Source: Thermodesulfobacteriota bacterium (GTDB taxonomy: Bacteria > Desulfobacterota_D > UBA1144 > Nemesobacterales > Mycalebacteriaceae). From it: DNA of 64,000 bases. The notes under the pieces are model-generated. The model searched no databases. It saw only the letters and a list, made by a program, of their open reading frames with translations, and was not told where the DNA came from. The stretch spans positions 320,001-384,000 of the forward strand of contig OZ245366.1 in assembly GCA_965226585.1 (NCBI GenBank). The letters run 5' to 3'. The position numbers and the translations under genes were made by a program. This document shows positions 29,265 through 39,776 of this stretch, piece after piece. Numbering within the stretch: the first letter of the stretch is position 1; each line of letters starts with the position of its first letter.

Positions 29265-30224
29265 ATGACAGACACACTGAAAAACACCGCGCGGCGAATT
29301 GACGAACTCAAGAGAGAGAAAAACGCCGTTATACTCGCGCACAACTACCAGGTGCCTGAAGTTCAGGACATTGCCGACTATGTGGGAGACTCTCTGGGGC
29401 TTTCCCGCAAGGCGGCGCAAACGGGGGCGGACGTTATCGTTTTCTGCGGCGTTCACTTTATGGCTGAGACCGCTAGCATAATTTCACCCGATAAAAAAGT
29501 TCTTATCCCCGACCCCCAAGCCGGCTGTTCGCTGGCAGACACCATCACCATTGAGCAACTCAAAGAGTGGAAAAATGAACACCCCGGCGCGGTTGTGGTT
29601 TCCTATGTCAACACCTCCGCCGCGGTCAAAAGCGAGAGCGACTACTGCGTTACATCTTCAAACGCCGTAAAGGTTGTGGAGTCAATCCCCGAAGACAGGA
29701 AAATACTTTTTCTGCCCGATATTTTTCTGGGCTCCTATGTGGCGAAACAAACAGGCAGAGAGATGGAGATATGGCCCGGCGAATGCCATGTTCATTCCGG
29801 CATCAAGGTTAAAGACATCAAAAACGTGAAAGCCCGCCACCCCGGCGCCGAAGTTGTTGTCCACCCCGAATGCGGATGCACAACCCACTATCTCTACAAC
29901 AGCGTTTCGGAAAAAGGCGAAGCCGTTCCGGGCGATGTGACATTTCTCTCAACTTCGGGCATGACAGAGCGCGCCCGCAAGGGCGGCGAAGAGTTTATAG
30001 TTGCCACGGAAATGGGAATGCTTCACCGCCTCCGCAAGGATAATCCGGGCAAAAAGTTTTTTCCGGCAAGCGAAAGCGCCGTTTGCGAATATATGAAAAT
30101 GATAACCCTTGACAAGGTTCTGCGCTCTCTTGAAGAGGAAATATACGAGGTGAAGGTTCCGCAACAACTGGCACTTCGCGCAAAGAAACCGATAGACAGA
30201 ATGCTTGGCGTTTCCGCCGCTTGA
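29265..30224 (+). CDS. nadA: quinolinate synthase
   Basis: LAHNYQ, FCGVHFMAETA, AGCSLA, YVNTSA, C.VH, HPEC, C.YMK. Confidence 0.97.
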   Translation: MTDTLKNTARRIDELKREKNAVILAHNYQVPEVQDIADYVGDSLGLSRKAAQTGADVIVFCGVHFMAETASIISPDKKVLIPDPQAGCSLADTITIEQLKEWKNEHPGAVVVSYVNTSAAVKSESDYCVTSSNAVKVVESIPEDRKILFLPDIFLGSYVAKQTGREMEIWPGECHVHSGIKVKDIKNVKARHPGAEVVVHPECGCTTHYLYNSVSEKGEAVPGDVTFLSTSGMTERARKGGEEFIVATEMGMLHRLRKDNPGKKFFPASESAVCEYMKMITLDKVLRSLEEEIYEVKVPQQLALRAKKPIDRMLGVSAA

Positions 30225-30249
30225 AAAGCTTTTGAGAAAAGAGCCGCCG

Positions 30250-30750
30250 CTACTCTGCGGCTTCTCTCGCTCCAACCTCTCTGTCCACCATAAGCAGGGC
30301 GGCGGGGTTGTCTTCTGCGAGCTTCAGGCTGTCGAGAATTTCCGTTGCGGCTTTCTCCTCCTCAACCTGCTCTTCTATGAACCACTCAAGCATGACGGCG
30401 GTTGCCATGTCTTTTTCTTTAACCGCCTCGCCGTGAAGTTTGTGAATCATGTCTGTTACAAGGCGTTCGTGTTTCAGCGACTGCTCGAACATCCCGGTAA
30501 TGGTTCCGAATGAAGACGCCGGTTTTTTGATGGCTCCCAGCTCCACGCGGCCGCCCCTGTCAAGGACGAAATTAAACAGCTTCATGGCGTGGGCGGTTTC
30601 CTCTTCACTCTGTTTTCTCATCCATTTTCCGAAGCCCGGAAATCCTTTTGCTTCGCAGTCCGCCGCCATTGAAAGGTATATGTATGAAGAGTAGAGTTCG
30701 GCGTTTATCTGGCCGTTAATGTGTTCCTGCATTTTTTTGCCTATAGTCAT
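30250..30750 (-). CDS. ftnA: non-heme ferritin
   Basis: QINAELYSSYIYLSMA, EE..HAMK, LEWFIEEQVEEE ferroxidase pattern. Confidence 0.93.
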   Translation of the reverse strand: MTIGKKMQEHINGQINAELYSSYIYLSMAADCEAKGFPGFGKWMRKQSEEETAHAMKLFNFVLDRGGRVELGAIKKPASSFGTITGMFEQSLKHERLVTDMIHKLHGEAVKEKDMATAVMLEWFIEEQVEEEKAATEILDSLKLAEDNPAALLMVDREVGAREAAE

Positions 30751-30772
30751 TTGGCACCTCCCGTATGAATTG

Positions 30773-30800
30773 ATTATAAGGCTCGCGGCGCGGTTTTCAA
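30773..30800 (-). promoter_or_regulatory. sigma70-type promoter for ferritin (TTGAAA-16-TATAAT)
   Basis: Reverse complement reads TTGAAA accgcgccgcgagcct TATAAT, then RBS GGGAGG. Confidence 0.55.
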
Positions 30801-30877
30801 CCGATGCGGGGCATCAGGCGGCTCAAAACCGGGCGGCGGTCTAGCGGAATAACGCGGTAACTATTAAAAAAGTTTCG

Positions 30878-30905
30878 TTGATATGTGTTTCTGCGTGCTT
30901 ATAAT
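30878..30905 (+). promoter_or_regulatory. sigma70-type promoter for lon (TTGATA-16-TATAAT)
   Basis: TTGATA 30878-30883, TATAAT 30900-30905; RBS AAGGAGG before ATG 30968. Confidence 0.55.
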
Positions 30906-30967
30906 GTTTATGTAACGGTAGTTAACGGTAACGCGGGCGCATCAGGCGCCAAGGAGGAGCGCGCCGG

Positions 30968-33388
30968 ATGAGCACAGAAAAGACCCCAAGAGAGATTCCT
31001 ATGCTTCCGCTTAGGGATGTTGTTATGTTTCCCTACATGGTTGCCCCGCTTTTTGTGGGAAGGGCAAGGTCGATAAAAGCCATTGAGGCGGCCGAAAGCA
31101 CTGACAAAGAGATATTTCTCTGCACTCAGATGGATGCCAGCGAGAATGAGCCGAAGCGGGATGAAATATATTCCACCGGCGTCATAGGAACAGTTGCCCA
31201 GATGCTGCGTCTGCCGGACGGAACCGTGAAGGTTCTTGTTGAGGGCAGAAAAAGGGGGCGCATAGAGGAATACGCCGACACGGACGGTTTCTACAAGGTG
31301 AAGGTTTCCGTCATTGAAGAGGACAAAGAAACGGAAAGCGCCGAGGGAGACGCGCTCAGAAGGTCTGTTCTCAAAGCGTTTGAGGGATACATAAAACTCA
31401 ACAGAAAAATACCGAGCGAGGTTTTCTCAACTGTTTCCGCCATAGAGAACACAAGCCGTCTTTCCGACACGGTTGCGTCTCATCTGAATCTGAAAATTGC
31501 CGACAAGCAGGATCTGCTTGAGACGAACAAACCCGAAGAGAGAATGAAAAAACTGCACGAGAAGATGCAGGAAGAGGTTGAGATTCTTGAGATTGAAAAA
31601 CGCATAGGCAAAAGAGTGCGCAGGCAGATGGAGAAGTCTCAAAGGGAGTACTATCTGACCGAACAGATGAAAGCCATTCAGAAGGAACTGGGCGAAAAGG
31701 ACGACATGAAGTCTGATGTTCAGGAGATTGAGGCGAAACTCAAAGACAAGGGTCTTCCCCCCGATGTTGAGGAAAGGGTGAAGAAAGAACTGAAAAAACT
31801 CAAAATGATGCCGGCAATGTCAGCCGAAGCCACGGTTGTGCGCAACTATGTTGACTGGATAATGGACCTTCCGTGGACGAAAGAGCACACCAAAGACCGG
31901 CTTGATGTGAAAGAGGCGCACAAGATACTTGACGAGGATCACTACGGACTTAAAGACCCGAAAGACAGAATCCTTGAATACCTTGCCGTCCGCACTCTCA
32001 CCGAGAAGATACGCGGCCCCATTCTCTGCTTTGTGGGACCTCCGGGAGTGGGAAAAACCTCTCTCGCAAAATCCATAGCGAGGTCTATGGGAAGAAAGTT
32101 TGTGCGTGTTTCCCTCGGAGGAGTCAGAGACGAATCCGAGATACGCGGCCACAGAAGAACCTACATAGGCGCGCTTCCGGGAAAGATAATTCAGGGCATG
32201 AAGAAAGCCGGAACCAACAACCCCGTGTTCCTTCTTGACGAGATGGACAAACTCGGAATGGACTTCAGGGGCGACCCGGCGTCCGCGCTTCTTGAGTGCC
32301 TCGACCCGGAACAGAACTGCAACTTTAATGACCACTATCTGGAGGCGGACTACGACCTGTCCAAGGTGCTGTTTATCGCCACCGCGAACATAATTCACAC
32401 GATTCCGTGGGCGCTTCAGGACAGAATGGAGATAATACGCATTCCGGGTTACACCGAGGATGAGAAACTCCGCATAGCAAAGAATTTCCTGCTCGGCAAA
32501 CAGACAAAAGAGCACGGGCTTACTGAAAGCGCCGTCAGCGTGGCGGATTCCGCGCTTCTTGAGATGATAAGGCGCTACACCAAGGAAGCCGGAGTGAGAA
32601 CGCTTGAGCGCGAAATTGCCAAACTGTGCAGAAAGGTCGCGCGGAAAGTGGCGGAAAAACAAGGCGGCAAATCCGGCTCGAAGGTCAGGGTGACGGCGAG
32701 GAACATCGGCTCCTATCTCGGAGTTCCGAAGTTCAAGCACGGCGAAATAGAAAAAGACAACCAGATTGGAGCCGTAACGGGGCTCGCGTGGACTGAGGTT
32801 GGCGGCGAACTTCTCACCATAGAGGTTTCCATCGTTCCCGGAAAGGGAAGTTTTACGGTTACGGGCGTCAAGCCGGAAGGCGAGAACGTTATGAAAGAGT
32901 CCGCCCGCGCGGCAATGAGCTATGTCCGTTCGCGAGGAGCGCAACTCGGGCTTGACAGGGATTTCTACCAGATGGTTGACATCCACATTCACGCCCCCGA
33001 AGGAGCGACACCCAAAGACGGTCCGTCTGCCGGAATAGCCATAGTTACGGCGATTGTGTCCGCCCTGCTCAAAAAACCGGTCAAGCGCGATGTGGCGATG
33101 ACGGGAGAGATAACCCTCAGGGGGCAGGTGCTCCCCATAGGCGGGCTGAAAGAGAAAATACTTGCCGCCCAGCGAGGGAAGGTTAAGACCGTGATACTTC
33201 CGCAAGAGAACGAGAAGGACATGGAGGAAGTTCCCGCCGAGGTGAAAAAGGGAGTGGAGATAAAGTTTGTGGAGCACATGGACAAGGTTCTTGAAGAGGC
33301 GATCATTTCCGAAGAGCCGCTTCTCAGGAGTTTCGTTTCCCCGCTTGGGAGCGGAAGCATTGAGGTTCCCGAAACCAAGATGAACTGA
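30968..33388 (+). CDS. lon: ATP-dependent protease La
   Basis: LPLRDVV.FP N-domain, GPPGVGKTS, RRTYIGALPG, PKDGPSAG catalytic Ser, IGGLKEK. Confidence 0.98.
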   Translation: MSTEKTPREIPMLPLRDVVMFPYMVAPLFVGRARSIKAIEAAESTDKEIFLCTQMDASENEPKRDEIYSTGVIGTVAQMLRLPDGTVKVLVEGRKRGRIEEYADTDGFYKVKVSVIEEDKETESAEGDALRRSVLKAFEGYIKLNRKIPSEVFSTVSAIENTSRLSDTVASHLNLKIADKQDLLETNKPEERMKKLHEKMQEEVEILEIEKRIGKRVRRQMEKSQREYYLTEQMKAIQKELGEKDDMKSDVQEIEAKLKDKGLPPDVEERVKKELKKLKMMPAMSAEATVVRNYVDWIMDLPWTKEHTKDRLDVKEAHKILDEDHYGLKDPKDRILEYLAVRTLTEKIRGPILCFVGPPGVGKTSLAKSIARSMGRKFVRVSLGGVRDESEIRGHRRTYIGALPGKIIQGMKKAGTNNPVFLLDEMDKLGMDFRGDPASALLECLDPEQNCNFNDHYLEADYDLSKVLFIATANIIHTIPWALQDRMEIIRIPGYTEDEKLRIAKNFLLGKQTKEHGLTESAVSVADSALLEMIRRYTKEAGVRTLEREIAKLCRKVARKVAEKQGGKSGSKVRVTARNIGSYLGVPKFKHGEIEKDNQIGAVTGLAWTEVGGELLTIEVSIVPGKGSFTVTGVKPEGENVMKESARAAMSYVRSRGAQLGLDRDFYQMVDIHIHAPEGATPKDGPSAGIAIVTAIVSALLKKPVKRDVAMTGEITLRGQVLPIGGLKEKILAAQRGKVKTVILPQENEKDMEEVPAEVKKGVEIKFVEHMDKVLEEAIISEEPLLRSFVSPLGSGSIEVPETKMN

Positions 33389-33504
33389 AGAGTTTTTGCT
33401 TAAACTTGCCGCGCGCCCTTGAATAATTTCCGATAAGCCTTTACACTTGGGGCGAGCCGCCGGGTCTTGCCGGGCGTTTTAAATCAACCTTTACAGGAGA
33501 GTAA

Positions 33505-33765
33505 ATGAATATATACGTAGGAAATTTGCCTTACAACACAACCGAAGACGAACTCAGGGATCTGTTTTCACAGCACGGTTCGGTTGTAAGCGTGAATATA
33601 ATCAAGGACAGAGAGACAGGGAATTCAAAGGGATTTGGATTTGTGGAGATAGCCGAACAGGAAGCCGCTGAGAAAGCCATCAGCGAGCTCGACGGCTCAA
33701 CACTGAACAACAGAAACCTGAAAGTAAACCAGGCCCGCCCCAAGGGCGACAGCATCAGGCGCTAA
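33505..33765 (+). CDS. single-RRM RNA-binding protein
   Basis: RNP2 IYVGNL, RNP1 KGFGFVEI, LKVNQARP; promoter-like TTGAAT-17-TACACT and RBS AGGAG upstream. Confidence 0.95.
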   Translation: MNIYVGNLPYNTTEDELRDLFSQHGSVVSVNIIKDRETGNSKGFGFVEIAEQEAAEKAISELDGSTLNNRNLKVNQARPKGDSIRR

Positions 33766-33777
33766 TACCGCCTCAGC

Positions 33778-33809
33778 CGGGGCGGCTAAACCGCTCCGCT
33801 TTCGTTTTT
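33778..33809 (+). terminator. possible intrinsic terminator after the RRM gene
   Basis: cggggcgg-ctaaa-ccgctccg hairpin followed by ctttcgttttt. Confidence 0.45.
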
Positions 33810-33941
33810 CTTTCGGCCTTTATCGCTTCCGGCAATCGGAGGCGTGGCAATTCAGCCGGTTTTTTGCGAAAAACCGCTCCGTACTGTGGAGTGTTTTTTG
33901 CGGGTCGGTTAGTATAGCCACAAGCCCCGGATCGGACGCCA

Positions 33942-36900
33942 ATGAAAAACAATTTTGTTCATCTTCACGTGCACTCCCAGTACTCACTTCTGGACGGCGC
34001 GATAAAGTTTGACGAGCTTGTTGACAGAGTGAAAGAGTTGGATATGGGTGCGGTCGCGGTTACCGACCACGGCAACCTTTGCGGCGCCCGCGAGTTCTAC
34101 AACGAAGCGGCAAAGAAAGGCGTCAAGCCCATTATCGGCTGTGAGATTTATATTACCCCGACCCTGAAACTGGACAATCCGGGAGACGGAAAAAACTTTC
34201 ACCTTACGGTTCTCTGCATGAACGAGACCGGATATACGAACCTTTCCAATCTGGTTACGCGGGGCTACTTTGAAGGCTTTTATAGAAGGCCCAGAGTTGA
34301 CCGCGAGATGCTTGCCGAACATAACGAGGGGCTCATAGTTTTGAGCGGCTGTATGAGCAGTGAGTTGTCGCGGGCGATATTCAAGAGCACACCGGAAACT
34401 CCCGAAAACATCATCTCAACCTACAAGGAGATATTCGGCGACAGGTACTACCTTGAGGTTCAGGCAACCGGAACTCCTGAGCAGAACCGCATCAACAAAT
34501 CCTTGAAAAAACTGGGCGAAAAGTTTGACATTCCGCTTGTCGCCACAAACGACTGCCATTTTCTGCGGCGTTCCGACCACGGATTTCACGACGTTCTTCT
34601 CTGCATCCAGACGGGCAGTAAACTTGAAGACCGGAACAGAATGAGATTTCCGGGAGACGGTTTCTATCTGAAATCGCGGGAGGAGATGGAGAAGTCTCTC
34701 AAAGGGTACTCTGACGCGCTGGACAGAACGGTTCAGATAGCGGAAAGATGCGATTTTGAGTTTAAGGGCGAGGGCTACCGCTTTCCGAAATTTCCTCTGG
34801 AAAACGGACTTGACGCTGACGGGTTTTTGCACAAACTCGCTCTGGGCAAGATGAAGGAAAGGCTTGCGGTGCGCGGCATTACAGGCGAGGAGATTGAGAA
34901 ATACACCGAACGCCTTGACTATGAACTCGGCGAAATATGCAAGATGGGATTTGCGGATTATTTTCTTGTGGTCGCAGACCTTGTTCAAAACGCGAAAACC
35001 AACGGCATTCCGGTTGGTCCCGGCAGGGGAAGCGCGGCGGGAAGCCTTGCGGCTTACGCTCTGGGAATCACCGATGTCGACCCCATAGTTCACAAACTTA
35101 TATTTGAGCGGTTTCTCAATCCGGGCAGGGTGTCAATGCCCGATATTGACATAGATTTTTGCACCGAAGGGCGCGACAGGGTCATAGATTACGTAAGCGA
35201 GAAATACGGCAGAGAGAACGTTGCCCAGATAGGAACTTTCGGCAAGATGTCGTCAAAAGCCGTTGTGCGGGATGTGGGAAGAGTGCTGGGTGTTCCCTAC
35301 AGCGAAGTGGACAAGATTTCAAAACTTATTCCCTCCTACCGGGGCAAAGTGAGAAAGATTGAACAAGCCCTCAAGGAAAGCCCCGAACTGAGAAAGAAGG
35401 TTGAAGAGTCAGACGATATGACCCGCGTGGTTGAACTCGCGAAACCGCTTGAAGACATGGTGCGCCACGCTTCCACACATGCGGCGGGAGTGCTGATAGC
35501 GAGCGAAAAAATCTCAGACCGCGTTCCTCTCTACAAGGGCTCCAAAGACGAAACCGTGACACAGTTTGACATGGATGCCATTCAGGAACTCGGATACGTA
35601 AAGTTTGATTTCCTCGGGCTCAGAAACCTCACCGTTATCCGCAAAACAATTGACCTTATAGAAGAGAAGTCAAACGGCTCCGCGCCCGATTTGGACATAG
35701 ACCGTATGCCCCTTGATGACGAGGGGGCGTACAAACTTTTTGTCAACGGAAAGCCGCACGGGCTGTTTCAGGTTGAGGCGTCATCGGGAATGGCTTCCAT
35801 GCTCCGCAGGCTGAAACCTGAAAAGTTTGAAGACATAGTCGCCGCGCTCGCCCTCTACAGGCCCGGACCCATAGACAGCGGCATGGTTGAGGACTTCATC
35901 AAAAGAAAGAACGGCAAGGCGCGCGTCTCGTATCCGCACCCTCTGCTTGAGGAAATTCTCAGCGAAACGCACGGGCTGTTTGTGTATCAGGAGCAGATAA
36001 TGAGAACGGCAAGCGTTTGCGCGAACTACACCCTGTCGGACGCGGATTTGATGAGAAGGGCGATGGGAAAGAAAAATACTGCGGAGATGAAGGCGCAGAG
36101 GGAAAAGTTTGTATCCGGCGCGCTTGAAAACGGAATAGAAAAGGGAAAAGCCGCCGAACTGTTTGACATCATGGAGAAGTTTGCCGGCTATTCGTTCAAC
36201 AAGAGCCACAGCGCCGCCTACGCGCTTATCACCTACCAGACCGCTTTTCTGAAGGCGCACCATGCGGCTGAGTTTATGTCTTCCCTCATGACTGTTGATT
36301 CGGCAAACAACGACAAGGTGATTTCCCACATAGCGGAGTGCAGAAAGATGGAAATAAAAGTGCTTCCGCCCGATGTGAACGAGAGCATGGCGGAGTTTAC
36401 TCCGGTGGATTCCGGCACCATCCGCTTTGGTCTTTCCGCCCTCAAAAGCGTGAATGACGACGTTGTCGCAGACATAATCGCGGCGCGCGAAGAAGGCGCG
36501 TTCACGGATCTTTTTGATTTCTGTTCGCGGGTCAAGTCGAAGCGGCTCACAAAAAAGGTGTTTGAGATGCTTATAAGAAGCGGAGCGTTTGACTCTTTTG
36601 AAAGCAACAGGGCGAAGCTTTTCGGCTCTCTTGAAACGGTGGTTTCCTTCTACATGCTCAAACAGTCTGCGGCGGACAACGGGCAGGGCTCGCTTTTCAA
36701 TTCGCTGGAAAGCGAAGCCGTTATTCCGCCTCTTCCCGAAGTGGAGCCGTGGAGCGAGCAGGAGATGCTTGAAAGCGAACTTGAATCGCTGGGGCTTTTT
36801 GTTTCAAAACACCCGATGGAGAGATGCGCGGAGCAGTTGAAAATCGTTTCTTCCTGCGTTGACAGTTCCGGGTTTGAAGAGCTTAAAGACAGAAAAGAGG

Positions 36901-37394
36901 TATGCATCGCGGGCGTTGTGCGCTCCTTTTCAACGAAGGTTACAAAGTCCGGAAAAGGGCAGTTCGGCAGGATAGTTCTTGAAGACCTGAAGGGCTCGGT
37001 TGAGTGCGTAATCTTCAACGACGCCATAACCAGAAACCGCCTCCTGCTTGAGCAAAAAATACACCCGGTTGTGCTCATCGGCACGGTTGACGGCGGGGAA
37101 GACAAAAAGAGCCTCAAAGTGAAAGAGGCTCTGTCTGTTCACGACCTTATGGCGAAAAAGCACCGCGTTACAATCTCAATAGATGGCGAAGCCGCAGACG
37201 GCGATACCCTCATCAAACTGGAAAACATTATGAAACAGCACGGAGGCGGGTCCAAAGTTGATCTCAACCTCAAGGTTGACGGCAAAACCGTTTCCATAAA
37301 CGTGGGGAAATACGGGGTTGCCGCCACAGACGGTTTTGTCAGCGAGGTTAAAGGGCTTTTGGGAGACAGGTCTCTTTCACTTGATGTTTTGTAG
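33942..37394 (+). CDS. dnaE: DNA polymerase III alpha subunit
   Basis: FVHLHVHSQYSLLDG PHP domain, GPGRGSAAGS, FERFLNP.RVSMPDIDIDF, KFDFLGL, YSFNKSHSAAY, C-terminal OB fold. Confidence 0.98.
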   Translation: MKNNFVHLHVHSQYSLLDGAIKFDELVDRVKELDMGAVAVTDHGNLCGAREFYNEAAKKGVKPIIGCEIYITPTLKLDNPGDGKNFHLTVLCMNETGYTNLSNLVTRGYFEGFYRRPRVDREMLAEHNEGLIVLSGCMSSELSRAIFKSTPETPENIISTYKEIFGDRYYLEVQATGTPEQNRINKSLKKLGEKFDIPLVATNDCHFLRRSDHGFHDVLLCIQTGSKLEDRNRMRFPGDGFYLKSREEMEKSLKGYSDALDRTVQIAERCDFEFKGEGYRFPKFPLENGLDADGFLHKLALGKMKERLAVRGITGEEIEKYTERLDYELGEICKMGFADYFLVVADLVQNAKTNGIPVGPGRGSAAGSLAAYALGITDVDPIVHKLIFERFLNPGRVSMPDIDIDFCTEGRDRVIDYVSEKYGRENVAQIGTFGKMSSKAVVRDVGRVLGVPYSEVDKISKLIPSYRGKVRKIEQALKESPELRKKVEESDDMTRVVELAKPLEDMVRHASTHAAGVLIASEKISDRVPLYKGSKDETVTQFDMDAIQELGYVKFDFLGLRNLTVIRKTIDLIEEKSNGSAPDLDIDRMPLDDEGAYKLFVNGKPHGLFQVEASSGMASMLRRLKPEKFEDIVAALALYRPGPIDSGMVEDFIKRKNGKARVSYPHPLLEEILSETHGLFVYQEQIMRTASVCANYTLSDADLMRRAMGKKNTAEMKAQREKFVSGALENGIEKGKAAELFDIMEKFAGYSFNKSHSAAYALITYQTAFLKAHHAAEFMSSLMTVDSANNDKVISHIAECRKMEIKVLPPDVNESMAEFTPVDSGTIRFGLSALKSVNDDVVADIIAAREEGAFTDLFDFCSRVKSKRLTKKVFEMLIRSGAFDSFESNRAKLFGSLETVVSFYMLKQSAADNGQGSLFNSLESEAVIPPLPEVEPWSEQEMLESELESLGLFVSKHPMERCAEQLKIVSSCVDSSGFEELKDRKEVCIAGVVRSFSTKVTKSGKGQFGRIVLEDLKGSVECVIFNDAITRNRLLLEQKIHPVVLIGTVDGGEDKKSLKVKEALSVHDLMAKKHRVTISIDGEAADGDTLIKLENIMKQHGGGSKVDLNLKVDGKTVSINVGKYGVAATDGFVSEVKGLLGDRSLSLDVL

Positions 37395-39776
37395 CCGCCC
37401 GTCGCTTTTTCCCGCCGCGCTCATCAGAGGCTCAAAAACTTCAGTTCCCGTAATTCTCTCTCCATCAGAAAACACCGAGACCATTCCCTCGTTTTCCGTC
37501 TCCCGTATCTCCGCCGGTGTTCCGCTCAAATCTCCCGCGCAACTGCGGCAAACCACAATTTCCGGGCGCGCCGTTTTTACCAGCGCGACCAGCGCGGCGC
37601 GGTTTTTATCATTAATTTTCGGCAGAAACACCACATCGCTTTCCACCTCATCTCCATACAGTTTCTCCACACCCTTTTTATGAGTATTGTGGATTGATTC
37701 CGTCAACAGGAACGAAGTTTTCCCCGCCACAACTTTCACCAGCAAGGGATACGGAACTCCGGAATTCTCCACGCCCATTTTTTCGTGTAAGTGCAGGAAC
37801 TTAATTTGCGCAAGACCGGTCTCTCCAATCTCTTGAACAGGTGATGAACGGTAGATTTTTTTCCACTTAACGCCGTGTTTTTCCACAGTTTTCCACAGTC
37901 TGTCGTTAAGTTTTGCACTGTTTATCCACAAGTTTTCCACACCGCCACCCTCTATAATTGCCGCCGCGCCGTTAAGCTGACCTCGGTCGTTTGAGAGCAG
38001 TATCAGAATGTCGGTTTTTGTAACGCGCTTTTTTCTGAGAGCAGGGAACACAACCGCCCTTTCTATGAAGTCCGAGCGGGCGAGTTTTGAAAAACCCCCT
38101 TTGATGAGAACCGTCTTTCCGTCCGGGAAGGTGAACAGCGCGATATTTTTTCTTCCCGCGTCAAAGAAAGACGCTTCGGTTTGCGCTCCGCCGGGGGGGC
38201 GGAAGTCGTAAGCCGCGCTCGCCGTGAGGCACAACATGAGAGCCGCCGCCGGATATGCCATTTTGCGGTTCAGTTTCACAAGCAGGAAAGCCGCCGCGCA
38301 CAGGTAGAATAGGGCGAAAGTCCACCCGCTGAGCGAAGGCACGGTAACGGCGGGCGCGATGGAAGACAGGGCTTCCACCAGCGCCAGCAGGACGGCGGCA
38401 AAAACGGACAACGCTTCAAGAAGAAAACCCGGAACGAAGCCGAGCACGGCGAAAACCGCCACCGACACTATGCACAGGGGCACCATCGCAAGCGCCACGG
38501 GCATAGCCGCGAGGTTGGCGGGGAAGGTGAGAACGGGAAGGAATCCGAACATGTTGATGACAAACGGCAGAGTTGCCGCCGTGGCGGCGGCAGTTGTGAA
38601 AAGCGCGGCGGCAAGGGCTTTTCCGGCTTTGAGTCCCGTGTTTTCCTCCGCTTCCTCTCTGCCGCCGCCGTAAAGATTCAGGGCGAGCAAAATTCCGAGA
38701 ACGGCTGAGAACGACAGTATAAAAGACGCCTCAAAAAGCGCGCCCGGGGCGGCAACAAGAATGATAATCGCGGCGGCGGCGAGAGAGTTGAGACGGTCAT
38801 CCTTTCTTCCCGCGACTATTGCGGTCAGGTACACCGCCGCCATAATCGCGGCGCGCACCGCGGAATTGCTCATCCCCGCGAGCAGGGCGTAGATGAACAC
38901 CGCCGGAATTGTGGCAAAGGCTGCCATTTTCGGCACGATGAAAGCCACCATCAGGTATCCCGATCTTTTCATAAGCCATTTGACGACCATGTAGAAAAAA
39001 ACCGCCGCCACCCCGACGTGAAGCCCGGAGATTGCCAGCAGGTGACCGATTCCGAGTTTGGAAAAGCGGGTTTTCAGCTCAACCGGCAGCGCGCTTTTGT
39101 CTCCGGTAGACAGGGCGTTCACAATCTCCGCGCTCGCGGGCTCAAGTTTCTGCCTTATAAAAACGGCGTAATCTCTGCGAAGCCCTCCCACAAGGCGCAA
39201 TATCGGATTTGAATCCCCCGCTCCCGCAGTCTTGATTTTGCCGGCGTCCGAATAAGCCGTGAAAAACACGCCCCTTGAGGCGAGCCTTTCCCGGTATCCT
39301 CCCGCGCCGGGGTTTTTGAACTCCCTGACGGGTTTGATTTTGAGGCGCGCCTCCACGCGGTCTCCGTAGGCGAGGCCGTCAAGCCCGTTTGAATAGACAA
39401 GGATTTTCCCGTCCGCTTTTTCCTCTACTCCCGAATGTTCAACCGCATCAACCAGAAGCGGAATTTTCGCGCTTGAGGGTCTTTTCTGCGCGTTTTCATA
39501 AAGCTGCCCTTTCACTACCACCTGCCTGTCAATATTCTTGAGAAGCGCGGGATCCGGCTTTGCCGAGTGGAGAAACGGCAGAATAATTCCGGCGGGCAGG
39601 AAGGCGAGAAAAAGCAGTTTCGGAAACCGCAGACCCGCCCCGGCGATGAACAACACCGCAAGCGCGGCCGCGTGATATGCGGACGGCATATAGCGTGAAG
39701 CCGTTATTCCCAGAATAAGCAGGATTGCGCACACGGCAATTTTGTGCGCCCTGAACAGTGTGGAGAGGGCAGGCAT
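37377..39776 (-). CDS. comEC: DNA uptake channel ComEC/Rec2 with degenerate C-terminal MBL domain
   Basis: NPG OB domain, GIGHLLAISGLHVG, S.VRAAIM, F.LSF.AV competence domain motifs. Confidence 0.9.
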   Translation of the reverse strand: MPALSTLFRAHKIAVCAILLILGITASRYMPSAYHAAALAVLFIAGAGLRFPKLLFLAFLPAGIILPFLHSAKPDPALLKNIDRQVVVKGQLYENAQKRPSSAKIPLLVDAVEHSGVEEKADGKILVYSNGLDGLAYGDRVEARLKIKPVREFKNPGAGGYRERLASRGVFFTAYSDAGKIKTAGAGDSNPILRLVGGLRRDYAVFIRQKLEPASAEIVNALSTGDKSALPVELKTRFSKLGIGHLLAISGLHVGVAAVFFYMVVKWLMKRSGYLMVAFIVPKMAAFATIPAVFIYALLAGMSNSAVRAAIMAAVYLTAIVAGRKDDRLNSLAAAAIIILVAAPGALFEASFILSFSAVLGILLALNLYGGGREEAEENTGLKAGKALAAALFTTAAATAATLPFVINMFGFLPVLTFPANLAAMPVALAMVPLCIVSVAVFAVLGFVPGFLLEALSVFAAVLLALVEALSSIAPAVTVPSLSGWTFALFYLCAAAFLLVKLNRKMAYPAAALMLCLTASAAYDFRPPGGAQTEASFFDAGRKNIALFTFPDGKTVLIKGGFSKLARSDFIERAVVFPALRKKRVTKTDILILLSNDRGQLNGAAAIIEGGGVENLWINSAKLNDRLWKTVEKHGVKWKKIYRSSPVQEIGETGLAQIKFLHLHEKMGVENSGVPYPLLVKVVAGKTSFLLTESIHNTHKKGVEKLYGDEVESDVVFLPKINDKNRAALVALVKTARPEIVVCRSCAGDLSGTPAEIRETENEGMVSVFSDGERITGTEVFEPLMSAAGKSDGRLQNIK

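Noticed and set aside
31820..33277. Long antisense ORF (485 aa) opposite lon, and similar shadow ORFs opposite apgM, ispDF, dnaE, atpA and others
   Set aside because: They lie wholly antisense to well-supported conserved genes, lack recognisable motifs, and are expected from codon bias in GC-rich coding DNA.
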